DNA of 63,236 bases, filler included, from Dimargaris cristalligena (taxonomy: Eukaryota), in NCBI GenBank assembly GCA_003614675.1. It is 14 parts of 14 records of this genome, joined end to end, with 100 filler letters (N's around TTAATTAATTAA, not from the genome) between each part and the next. Parts side by side here need not be neighbours in the genome. Positions count along the whole stretch, not along the records: positions 13,575 to 18,016 come from ML003777.1; positions 18,117 to 22,557 come from ML003778.1; positions 22,658 to 27,091 come from ML003779.1; 11 more parts are not named here. One strand, written 5' to 3'. Both the position numbers and the translations under genes were made by a program. The first letter of the stretch is position 1, and the number at the start of each line of letters is the position of its first letter. Positions 13,576 to 23,162 of this stretch are shown here, piece by piece. The notes beneath the pieces were generated by a model. That model was given only the letters and a program-made list of their open reading frames with translations, searched no databases and was not told the DNA's origin.

Positions 13576-13827
13576 GACTGGATAGTAAATAACTTGCGCG
13601 AGGTGTATACTCCGGTAGTGTCTCATATCGAAATCCGGACGAATAACACTAACATCTCTCACGACGACATCGAACGCGCGCTTAATCTACTTACTAGCAA
13701 GGAAACGGGACCTTTTTGGATCAAGTTGGCACCTAATAACGTAGTTTACAAACCAGGACATTCTCTTTATTGCCTGCACGACAATTTATTAACTAATTTT
13801 CGATACATAATAGGAGGGGACCAGTAA
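13576..13827 (+). CDS. Orphan ORF, 5'-truncated
   Basis: Frame open from contig start (DWIVNNLREVY...IIGGDQ*), globular-looking composition. The stop lies within hairpin GACCAG-TAAA-CTGGTC. Confidence 0.55.
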   Translation, partial: DWIVNNLREVYTPVVSHIEIRTNNTNISHDDIERALNLLTSKETGPFWIKLAPNNVVYKPGHSLYCLHDNLLTNFRYIIGGDQ

Positions 13828-14064
13828 ACTGGTCGCAGGGATATGGATTAAAAGAGAAACAAAATAAAAAGGAAAAAAGAGAAAAGATAAGGGAAAGAGG
13901 GTGGTCTGCAAGGCCGACCGACCCTATATTGATCTATTGTCGTTGGTCAATAAAGGCGGAGTCCCCTCTAAAAGGGGACACCGACTCAATATCCAGAAAG
14001 CAAACCACTTACACTTGCCAATTGCATCCGGTCCGGATGAATAGAACTTATATGCTACACTGAA

Positions 14065-14304
14065 ATGCGGAGGCCGGAGTATGCATTGGGATATCAAACA
14101 CAGAAACACCAACACACAATCCGCTTATATTTCTACAATAAACAGACCATGGTTGAAGCTCTAAAGATGTTTAAGGGTGGCTACGGCATCGATTGGGACG
14201 ATATCAATTCTGAATCTCCGAAATGGAATTCTGTCCTTACTGCTCCGGTCTATCATGCAAGCCCGACGTCAGAATATGCCGAGTGCAGGATCGGTTTTCG
14301 GTAA
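14065..14304 (+). CDS. Orphan ORF (79 aa)
   Basis: ATG-started, protein-like composition, overlaps the next ORF. No recognisable family. Confidence 0.35.
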   Translation: MRRPEYALGYQTQKHQHTIRLYFYNKQTMVEALKMFKGGYGIDWDDINSESPKWNSVLTAPVYHASPTSEYAECRIGFR

Positions 14305-14513
14305 TCACCCAATCGGCCCTCGATGCGTTCCACAGTGCGGGAGCGGCATACAAAACCCTTAAGAAGATAGACCAGATCAGGTCAGAAAAGCTTGACGACA
14401 ACACACTATGTTCGTTATTACAGCTGTTTGTCCACAATCGGGTCAGTGTCAAGGTGGATTCCGACTGGATTCCTGTTCAACGTATTAACGAGTATTTGGT
14501 TTTAGAACATTGA
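14223..14513 (+). CDS. Orphan ORF with N-terminal CxxC-x4-C-x6-C cluster (96 aa)
   Basis: MEFCPYCSGLSCKPDVRIC...; AAATGG start context. Confidence 0.5.
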   Translation: MEFCPYCSGLSCKPDVRICRVQDRFSVITQSALDAFHSAGAAYKTLKKIDQIRSEKLDDNTLCSLLQLFVHNRVSVKVDSDWIPVQRINEYLVLEH

Positions 14514-14638
14514 TCAGGCATTCCCGCGAACAGGATCCAATTAGACGACGAGTCCACATCCGAATAAGAGTCTCTTGCAGAGTAATTTATTTTAAAAACG
14601 ACGACGGAGTCGTAAAACTCTCAAATACCAACTGGCAA

Positions 14639-15040
14639 ATGCCAAATTTACGATCGAGGGGGATTGTGGAGCGCATGGCGTCGGTAGGAGTCCAGCTGCG
14701 AGACTCGGCATATAAGAGGCAGTTGCAGGACATTCTGACCAGTCGGTCCAGTACCATCGAGCAAAAGGACGTGGCCATCAAACTTATTTACCAGTATTAT
14801 GAACGCTCCGACAAGGTGCAGAGTCTGATTGACTGATTACCGGAATCCATGCGCGAAGACTTTGCGACAGTTATTACAGAGAGATCGTTCCGAACAATGT
14901 TATGTCATAGTAGTCCAGATCTCTTGGAAGTATTCTATCCACGATGTTCTGCACTCACGCTACTGAAATTGCCATGCAAAGCCTATCCTATAACCGGGGG
15001 GTCGAATGTATCGTGTCCATACAGACCGGGAGAAAATTAA
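14639..15040 (+). pseudogene. Orphan ORF interrupted by one in-frame TGA
   Basis: ORFs 14510-14836 and 14849-15040 share a frame: MPNLRSRG...QSLID*LPESMREDF... with TGA at 14834-14836. Confidence 0.5.
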
Positions 15041-15179
15041 GCATCTTACAAACATGTACGAGTTAACGACGGCATTACTAGACACGACGATCCGAGATAT
15101 CGATGATGCACTCCTCCCTCCGTAGTCATCGTTTTTTAATTCTTAGAGAGGAGCGAAGCGACGAACGACTTGGTCGTTT

Positions 15180-15398
15180 TTAATCACCTCGAAGAGGTTC
15201 CTCATTTACGACCTGGAGTTCTTCTGTACACGCGCTACAGTACGCTTGGTTAGGGTCGTAGAGGTGTGTTACCGACACCGGAGAGTCGCAGGGCATCTTA
15301 CGATTGGCGCTACTGCGAGTTTTCCCGCACACCGGAGCCAGAAAATGGCCGCATTTATTCGCGTAGTAGTAATAATGACCGCAAGTCGAACAAGGCAT
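15180..15398 (-). CDS. Small Cys/His-rich putative Zn-binding protein (72 aa)
   Basis: MPCSTCGH...KCGH...VC...PC...YCSAC: 7 Cys, two CxxC and two CGH. Confidence 0.65.
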   Translation of the reverse strand: MPCSTCGHYYYYANKCGHFLAPVCGKTRSSANRKMPCDSPVSVTHLYDPNQAYCSACTEELQVVNEEPLRGD

Positions 15399-16411
15399 AT
15401 TGGAATGATTTTGATTAAAAGCTTTGATACTTCTTTGGAGTCGGTTTTAAAAAGCCTCAAGGGCTACTCCTTCGGAGTCGGGACCCCTGTGGGGGTGAAA
15501 ACCTCGAGAGCGGTATACCTAGGTAAGTATCCAATGGACCTCCCCTACCCGCCCCTTTGGGGTCATTCTTTCGAAATCCGAAGGATGAAAACGACTCCGG
15601 AGGAGTACGGTCGGTCGTCGCTCCCTCCCCACGGACACGTATACCCCTCCGGGGTCCCTCCCATTCCGACCTCCGGTCACGACACCCTACAACACACGTA
15701 ACCGTCAACAGGACGTCTAGTCCGCTCCGCTCTCACCCTCGAGGTTTTTCAAAATGACTCCATCGTAGACACCGGCCGCTGTCGGCACAACCCCATTAGA
15801 TTGATTGTTTACATTTTGGGCCAAACTGAAGGGAATAAAAGGGCCTCATCCGGAGAATTATTTGGGAGATCCATCCCATGTCGAACTAATTTCATTGGCA
15901 AAAAGGCTGGGCGTCAATCATCACCTTCCCCTCCCACTCACCTTCTTCCTCCACTCGACACACACGCTACTGCTGTATTTACCCCACTGGGACGCACACC
16001 ATCTAACCAACTTGTGGTTATCACATTGGGTTATGCCCTCCTCCATTGCCGTCGATTGCTACTTTTATCTGCCCCACCCACCCTCTCTCGCCACTGCGGG
16101 TTTCTACATGCCATTACCGCTCTGTACATTGCCTGGTTTATTACTGTTGATTAACCGCTTCCCCAACCCTATTACGTCGTTGACCCCTTTCTCACGTAGC
16201 TCAATAAGCGAGGGCCCGTGGATTTCTTCGCTCGATTCCCTTCTTGCCGTTCATAACCACCAATTGGCTTCAATCTCTTTCGGTCTAGACTTCCCCATTC
16301 AGCAGACTGGTAAGTGCCCTCCTGTTTCATAGAGAGGAATGGTCCGCCATCCCACTCACACAGCCTGCCCACATTCCTTGGTCGCAGTTGGCCAGGCGGA
16401 GTAGAGTCGAC

Positions 16412-16415
<4 letters not shown>

Positions 16416-16443
<28 letters not shown>
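16416..16443. repeat. (AG)n microsatellite
   Basis: Uninterrupted AG run of about 14 units. Confidence 0.95.
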
Positions 16444-16445
<2 letters not shown>

Positions 16446-17056
16446 TTTGGCTCTACTTGAGCTCTTTTCTCGTTGTTGTTACCCCCAAAGTCACGCGACA
16501 CCTTACCGCCTCTACACACCTACCCGCCTCTTCTCTTTACTCCAGTGGTGGTCTATAGAACTCCTTGACTTTGTTCATCCCTACTGTCCCTTTTTATCTT
16601 TCCTTTTCCTTTTTAGCTACCCTAAACAATAACCACCTTCTTACTCTTCTCCCCTCTCAAGACTCGTTGCTCCTCTATTTACCAAACCAAACCCAGCCCG
16701 CTCGTATAAGACTGGTCTACTTTTGGTTACTTGATCCCTTCACCTGCCCCAACATCCGTTCGCGTGATTCGGGGTTTGCTGTTTCCGAGTAATCACCTGT
16801 CCAATCGCGCTCTTAACTAATCCTTCTAGTTTTACTCCTCCGGAGTTCGGTTGGTCGCTTCGCTCCCGCCCTTTAGGTTTTTCAAAACGACGAAGGAGTC
16901 GGTTGGTCGGTCAATAACCTGGGAAGCATCCACGACCGAGAGTAGAGTCCCAGAGATCGTTTTCGATTAGTGGAAATCATCAACTGACGCGACCATCGGT
17001 AAAGATCTGGCGGATATAGAGCTATCGCGGCCTTAAACGACTCTCCGGATAGTACC

Positions 17057-17845
17057 ATGCATATCTTAGAGACATCCACTTGCAGCACTCACCACGTGAC
17101 TATTATCCGGAATGCCGATATCATATATAAAGTGTACCATCCACGACACACGGACTCGTTGGCACTACTGCGAAATACCATTTTTCCACCGCACCACGCC
17201 ATTATCGATTATACCGAATCAGGAAATCCTATAGTGGAATTCGATGGCCGGTATATAGATTATCCCACTATTCACCAGTATCCTAGTGCCGTGCAGTACA
17301 CCTGGGATGGATTAGGACCGCTTACGGCAATGACGGGGCACCCTCACGTACACTATAACGAGCTGTATGTAGTGAAGACCCCCCTAGTATCGTCTTTGAG
17401 TTATGCATTTCATACCGAATTACGCAACCATATTTATCTACCCCCACACAGACATATAGCCTCCTTTATAGGAGTGGTGGTTAATGGAGATGACGTCGAA
17501 GGAATTATATGCAAGCGGTATAACAGCGACGTGGGCCAGTTTACTATTGACGATTTATTCGGATTGTACAGTGCTATAAAGCATATTTCCCAAAATATCG
17601 GTTATCATGGAGATATCTGTCCGAACAATATTGTACGTGACCGGGAAAGTGGCGATATTAAAGTAATCGACATAGCACAGAACGGATATACCGAATCATG
17701 GGCTGCCCCCGAAGTTTTAGAAAGGCGTACACCGGACTTTATATCCGACTGTTACAGTTTAGGACGCGTGGCACGCAGTTTGGGAGAAATCGATACTCAG
17801 TTAGACGCGATAGATAGACGCCAAAGACGATTGCGTACTCCATAG
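17057..17845 (+). CDS. Atypical compact protein kinase (262 aa, intronless)
   Basis: YVVK (beta3 Lys), alphaC E (FHTEL), LPPHRHIASFIGVV, YHGDICPNNIV (catalytic loop), KVIDIA, WAAPE, SDCYSLG. Confidence 0.9.
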   Translation: MHILETSTCSTHHVTIIRNADIIYKVYHPRHTDSLALLRNTIFPPHHAIIDYTESGNPIVEFDGRYIDYPTIHQYPSAVQYTWDGLGPLTAMTGHPHVHYNELYVVKTPLVSSLSYAFHTELRNHIYLPPHRHIASFIGVVVNGDDVEGIICKRYNSDVGQFTIDDLFGLYSAIKHISQNIGYHGDICPNNIVRDRESGDIKVIDIAQNGYTESWAAPEVLERRTPDFISDCYSLGRVARSLGEIDTQLDAIDRRQRRLRTP

Positions 17846-18118
17846 ATGTGTAGCGTCACGGCCCGGGGATCTGGGAGGGTTCGGCGTGGCCCGCCGGGTT
17901 GAGGGACACCAGACCGTGGCGAGGAGGACGGCTGTAACAACCGTTCGAGAGGTGAGCGAGGGCGAGACGGGGGTGGAGAAGGCGACTCTTCCGAGTTCCC
18001 GATGAAAGGACGTTTCNNNNNNNNNNNNNNNNNNNNNNNNNNNNNNNNNNNNNNNNNNNNTTAATTAATTAANNNNNNNNNNNNNNNNNNNNNNNNNNNN
18101 NNNNNNNNNNNNNNNNCC

Positions 18119-19801
18119 GAGGCGTTCCACGAGTCCCTGCGGACATACATCGATTCCAACACCGCTGGATTGATCTCCGGTAAACACGGTAGCAACCGCC
18201 GCGGTCCCCTGGGTGCCATGACCCATAGCGAGTGCAACAAGCGCACTTTCCAGGCCCTGATGCAGCTTCAGTACCTCCACAGCCTGGTCGCTCCCGGTGA
18301 AGCCGTCGGTCTGTTGGCCGCCCAGGGTGTAGGTGAACCGTCGACCCAGATGACGTTGAACACTTTCCACTTTGCCGGGTTTGGTGCCAAGAACGTAACC
18401 CTGGGTATCCCCCGTCTGCGTGAAATTGTCATGACCGCCAGTACCAAACCCCTCACGCCTTCCATGACCCTTCCCCTGCTATCACACGTCACCGAGAAGG
18501 TGGCCACCGACTTTTGCAAGCGCATGACCCGTCTGCGGTTGGCCGAGGTGGTTGACCATGTTCAGGTCACCGAGAGTCTGACCCGGGCGCACCGCAACCG
18601 TGCCCAGCGCCACAAGCGTTACGTGATCCGCATTGACTTCTACAACAAGGAAGCCTGTGCCGAGGAGTATCTGATTACACCCGAAGATATCGAGAATACC
18701 CTGGAAATGCAGTTGATTCCTACTCTGGGCTATATTATTGGCCAGATTCTGAAGAACAAGGCCATTAGTTCCGTGATCAAACGCATCGATCGTACCTCGA
18801 CTAATGCCCAAGCGGCCGACGATGCGAATGTGCCCGTGGATCTCGTCGAAGATGATGACGATAACCGGGTTCTTTCGCGCCCTAGACGGCCCGAGGGCAC
18901 TACTATGCCTCAGGACGATGACGATTCCTCCGACGAAGATTCCGATAATGAACGGGAAGGGGGTAAGCAGGAGATGCGTCGCCAACAGCGCCAGAAGGAT
19001 TTCAGCTCCTCCGCCACTGAACAGCCCGACGCTGATGCGGCCGGGAAGGACGAGTTTAGCGCTGAGCTGGATGCCCTGGACGCTTCGCTCGCCGAGTCGA
19101 CGCGGGACGATGAATTCCGTAATACGATTGACCAAGCCGCCCGGATCCGCCGGATCATCCAGGATAACGAATTCTTGGAAAACTATAAGTTTGAGAGCGA
19201 AAAGGGTTGTTGGTGCGAACTGACCCTGGAGTTCCCGGCCGAAACCAAGAAATTGCTCATGGTCTCGCTGGTGGAAAAGGCCGCCGACCGCGCCTTGGTG
19301 CAGGAGCAGGCCCACATTAAGCGGGTGTTCCCCTTGGCCAAGGAGAATGAACACGATACGCGCGATCAGTTGGCCACCGACGGGGTTAATTTCGCCGCCT
19401 TTTGGCCCCACGGGGACATTCTCGATATCAACAACATGACCACTAACGATATTCACGCCACCCTCCAAACCTACGGCGTGGAAGCGGCCCGTTCCGCCAT
19501 CATTAACGAAGTGTCAGGGGTGTTTGCCGCCTATTCCATTGGTGTCGACCCCCGCCATATTTCCCTCATCGCTGACTACATGACGTTTGAAGGTGGCTAT
19601 AAAGCCTTCAACCGGAAATGTATTGCTACTAACGCTTCGCCGCTCGCCAAAATGAGTTTCGAATCGACCTGCAAGTTCTTAACTGATGCGACCATCTACG
19701 GTGACTACGATGTTCTGAACAACCCTTCGGCCCGTTTGGTCGTGGGGGCACCCATTCTCGCCGGTACCGGTATCTGCGATGTTCTTCAGGAAGCGGCTTA
19801 A
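18119..19801 (+). CDS. RPA190: RNA polymerase I largest subunit, C-terminal part (5'-truncated)
   Basis: PGEAVGLLAAQGVGEPSTQMTLNTFHFAG...NVTLGIPRLREIVMTAS, acidic Pol I expander region, TYGVEAAR, RHISLIADYMT, KMSFE, PSARLVVG...GTG. Confidence 0.97.
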   Translation, partial: EAFHESLRTYIDSNTAGLISGKHGSNRRGPLGAMTHSECNKRTFQALMQLQYLHSLVAPGEAVGLLAAQGVGEPSTQMTLNTFHFAGFGAKNVTLGIPRLREIVMTASTKPLTPSMTLPLLSHVTEKVATDFCKRMTRLRLAEVVDHVQVTESLTRAHRNRAQRHKRYVIRIDFYNKEACAEEYLITPEDIENTLEMQLIPTLGYIIGQILKNKAISSVIKRIDRTSTNAQAADDANVPVDLVEDDDDNRVLSRPRRPEGTTMPQDDDDSSDEDSDNEREGGKQEMRRQQRQKDFSSSATEQPDADAAGKDEFSAELDALDASLAESTRDDEFRNTIDQAARIRRIIQDNEFLENYKFESEKGCWCELTLEFPAETKKLLMVSLVEKAADRALVQEQAHIKRVFPLAKENEHDTRDQLATDGVNFAAFWPHGDILDINNMTTNDIHATLQTYGVEAARSAIINEVSGVFAAYSIGVDPRHISLIADYMTFEGGYKAFNRKCIATNASPLAKMSFESTCKFLTDATIYGDYDVLNNPSARLVVGAPILAGTGICDVLQEAA

Positions 19802-20624
19802 TTTCTCTTATCCTCCCACACCATACTATACCACTTATACCACTCCTATTTTCTATTTCCTATTTCCACCTTGCATCCTAATGGTAGGGAGAGCCACCCA
19901 TACTCTACCAGATGGTGAAGGGAGGCAGATTTGATTCATTCTAGTACGCCTATAATAGTTATTTAGATATCATTAAAAATCTACTTATACACCACCAACT
20001 TGATTTTAGTTTCTGAAATAACAGTAGATATTCATACCTCGCATTTCCCTCTTGCCTCCATCTCAGCCGTGATCAGTTGGTTTCATTTTTAATTGGAGAT
20101 TATTCCGGATGCCGCCTTTATTATTATTATTATTTTTTCTTACACCTATTATAACACCACACTCTACCCCTCCAGCCAATCTCACCATGTACCTCTTTTG
20201 ATTACTTTACCTTTTTCATTGTAATCCTCATTTTTACTTTTTTACATGGATTTTCTTTGATTGATTAATAAACACGCCTATTTTTTTTTTCAAGCCCTCT
20301 GCTGAACTCTCAATGTAGATTATGGGGTATATCAATGGTTCAGCCCATGTATGGGGTGATAGTAACATGGTATACTTTCCATAATACTGTTATATGTTAA
20401 CAAGGGTAATTGAAATGAGCTGTAGTATTTATAATTTATAGATATGGATATGCCCAAGGAAAGGAACCTCTAAGAACTAGGAAGTGGCAGAGGCAGAGGC
20501 TCTTGGCTTTGATGATAGCTAACAGCCAATGGGCATAAGTTTACTGGTTATATCAAATGTTATTTAAGATATATTTTGGACTAAGGTGCCTAATACAAAA
20601 GTGGGATATGGCTATTGCACAAAT

Positions 20625-20794
20625 TAACCACCCTTAGTCTATCAAGAGTCCTGGGGATAGACTTCCAATGGTAGGGCTTACTTGGGCTCAGTTATGGAGT
20701 TATTAGTATTAGGTACAAGGGTCTGGTACTAACTAGTAAAGGCTAGAGGTAATATATATGTAAAAGATATGCAGGGAGTATACTTACTAGTTAG
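20625..20794 (-). mobile_element. LTR family 1 fragment, interrupted by the Gypsy element
   Basis: TTAACCACCCTTAGTCTATCAAGAGTCC... matches 9414-9583. Confidence 0.8.
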
Positions 20795-22557
20795 TGTGGT
20801 AAACTTACCACATTTTTACCTACTTTTTAATAAAGTTAATGTGAAATAATAGAAGGGAAAAAGGGAAAGGGAGAGAGCTATTTTTAGCCATACTTTGAAC
20901 AGGGGCAGTGTGAATGCAAGGGTACAGTCTGGTCAGGGGCAGGGGTGTAGCTTAGTCAAGGGTATATAATATAAAAATAGAAAAAATAATATACTAATAA
21001 AAATATAGGAAACATAACTATACTCATCAGGGGCATACTTCCAATAAGTGCGAAAAATAAATAAAAAATAAAAGTAGGTAAAAATGTGGTAAGTTCACCA
21101 TATCATCCCCTCCCAGAATAAAACAAGGGAGACTACTTGGTGGGCTGGACTTGCTTCCAGTAATTGGTAATAGTGGTTGGATTGTCAAAGTTCTTAGTAG
21201 GTTCCCAGGAGCCCTTGGTAAGGTCATGGTTCCTCCATCTAATAAGGTAGAATAACTTGCCCTTGACCTTAAATTGTAAGATAACTTTAACTTCATGTGA
21301 TAGGTCATCAAAAAGGGGCTGGTCAAAAATAGCATTGAGGGAACTGGAATGGTAGTTGTAAGGGAGGAGTTTACCATCAATATCTTGGAGAATATTAGTA
21401 CCAGCCTTAGTCTAGTTGATCACTTTGAAAGGCCCTTAGAATTGAGCTTTGGTAGAGGTCTTGCACAGAGGGTCTCAAAATATAACATATACTATTCTTA
21501 AGCTCGATGGAAATAGGCAGAGTATCCTTACTCTTAGCCTTGGTGTTGGTGATAGTGATGTCAGTGACCATAGGGAATAGGGTGTTCATCATAAACTGGA
21601 TGCACTGGTCAAGTTTTCACAGGTCTTTAGTGGTAAGTCTCTTGGGTGCTTTGATGGCTGCTTAGTGTTCTTGAAGCTGGTTGGGCTGATGTCCAAAGAA
21701 GACTAGGAAAGGTGTCATCTTGTGCCTATTGGTGACCTTAGTGTTGATACAGTACTGGACAAAAGGCAGAGCAAGGTCCCATTGGTACTTAGTTCTATAA
21801 ATGAGTTTAACTATAATATTCTTGGCATTCTGGATAGTTCTTTTAGCAGTATCATTAGCTTAGGGATGGTAAGGGGTGATTAATTTATAGTTAATGGTGG
21901 CAGACTTAGTAAACTCAGTAGTATACTTTTTGATAAACTTGGTACCATTGTTAGACTAGATGATCTTGGGGAAGCCAACTAGAAGGAAAATATCCAGGAG
22001 GGTCTTGGCAATGGTTACTATAGTCTTATCAGGGATACCTCAAAGGATAACAAATCTAGTGTGTATATCAATTAAGATAAACATAAAGGTATTGTTAGCC
22101 TCAGAAACAGGGAAAGGGCTAGCCAAGTCAATGGCAATATAATCAAAAGGTTTGGTTGCTGTGATGGACTTGGTAGCTTCTTGAATTGTTCGGTGGTTGT
22201 TGAATTGAAGGCAGAGCAAATACTGTTTGAGTGCATTGGCAACATCTGATCGCAGGTTGGGCCAGTTAAAACCATCTTGATGAATAGCTGTAACAGTTGC
22301 AGTAATACCAAAGTGGCCTCGTAAGTGGTTTCGCTCAATGATGCCAGGTCGGAGGTGCTCATCAGGTAAGATGAGGGCTACAGTCTCGGTTGTAGGCTTG
22401 TTGGAAACAGTCAGGGTTCGAATGGTAGGCAGAGCCTCACCCCCCTCTGAAGAGGTAAAAAATCTAGACAAGTGGTCAGGGAGGTTATTCTTAATACCAG
22501 GTCGATGGATAACAGCAAAATCATAATCAAAGAGAATCTCAGACCAGGAGATCAACA
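20795..22557 (-). mobile_element. Ty3/Gypsy chromovirus 3' part: decayed RNase H end, integrase, chromodomain, PPT and 3' LTR (family 2, 20795-21102)
   Basis: Minus strand: DYDFAVIHRPGIKNNLPDHLSR, HLRGHFG, PFDYIAIDL, IDIHTRF, GFPKII*SNNG, TPYHP, chromodomain EVKVIL..YLIRW..SWEP..NF..YW (stop at 21133-21135), then GGGAGGGGATGA abutting the LTR. Several premature stops. Confidence 0.93.
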
Positions 22558-23162
22558 NNNNNNNNNNNNNNNNNNNNNNNNNNNNNNNNNNNNNNNNNNN
22601 NTTAATTAATTAANNNNNNNNNNNNNNNNNNNNNNNNNNNNNNNNNNNNNNNNNNNNGGCCGGATGATTATGGTGATGGGGGGGGACGCTGTGGACGGCG
22701 AAGAGGTTGGGTCGGACATGGAACTGATGCAGACAGGAGGGTAAAGGCAGGAGAAGGGAAGTGGCAAGCGGTCTAATTATTAGGGTCACTGGAAAGAAGC
22801 GGGACGGAAATAGCGGGGATGGGCGGACAAACACAGAAGCTCATTCGCATTAGAGGGTAGTTAGTACACTCTTAAACAGAAGAAAAAGTAGGAGAGTAAG
22901 AGAGGGGGAGACGCCGTGGGTTCTAGTCAAATAACCACCAGCCCTTCCCTCCCTTGCCTTCATTTCGGTCTCCCCGCCTCACGCCCGCCCCAGTGGCTCG
23001 ATAAAGATAGACTGACTCGGCGCCCGTCCACGGCAGCGCCCTGGTGCCTCCAAGCCCTTCCCTTTTATATCTATTTATATATATATATTATTTTACCCCA
23101 ATTCCCTCCCCCCGCCAGTTCGACTTTCCCGTTCCCCATTGCCAACCGATTCCCATTCACCC

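Larger units (their letters stand above)
14589..16910. repeat. Contig-specific dispersed palindromic repeat family (7 or more copies or fragments)
   Basis: Best pair: 15723-15758 cgctccgctctcaccctcgaggtttttcaaaatgac vs 16855-16890 cgcttcgctcccgccctttaggtttttcaaaacgac. Inverted copies at 15437-15464, 15496-15512 and 15150-15183. Fragments at 14589-14613 and 15588-15625. Confidence 0.8.

Noticed and set aside
15801-16519. ORFs of 115-175 aa in the island's central block
   Set aside because: Low-complexity, overlapping in several frames, one running through a microsatellite. Likely spurious.
18482-19468. Long antisense ORFs over RPA190 (also over ALA1, CCT4 and 5271-6029)
   Set aside because: Shadow frames caused by GC3-biased codon usage on the coding strand.
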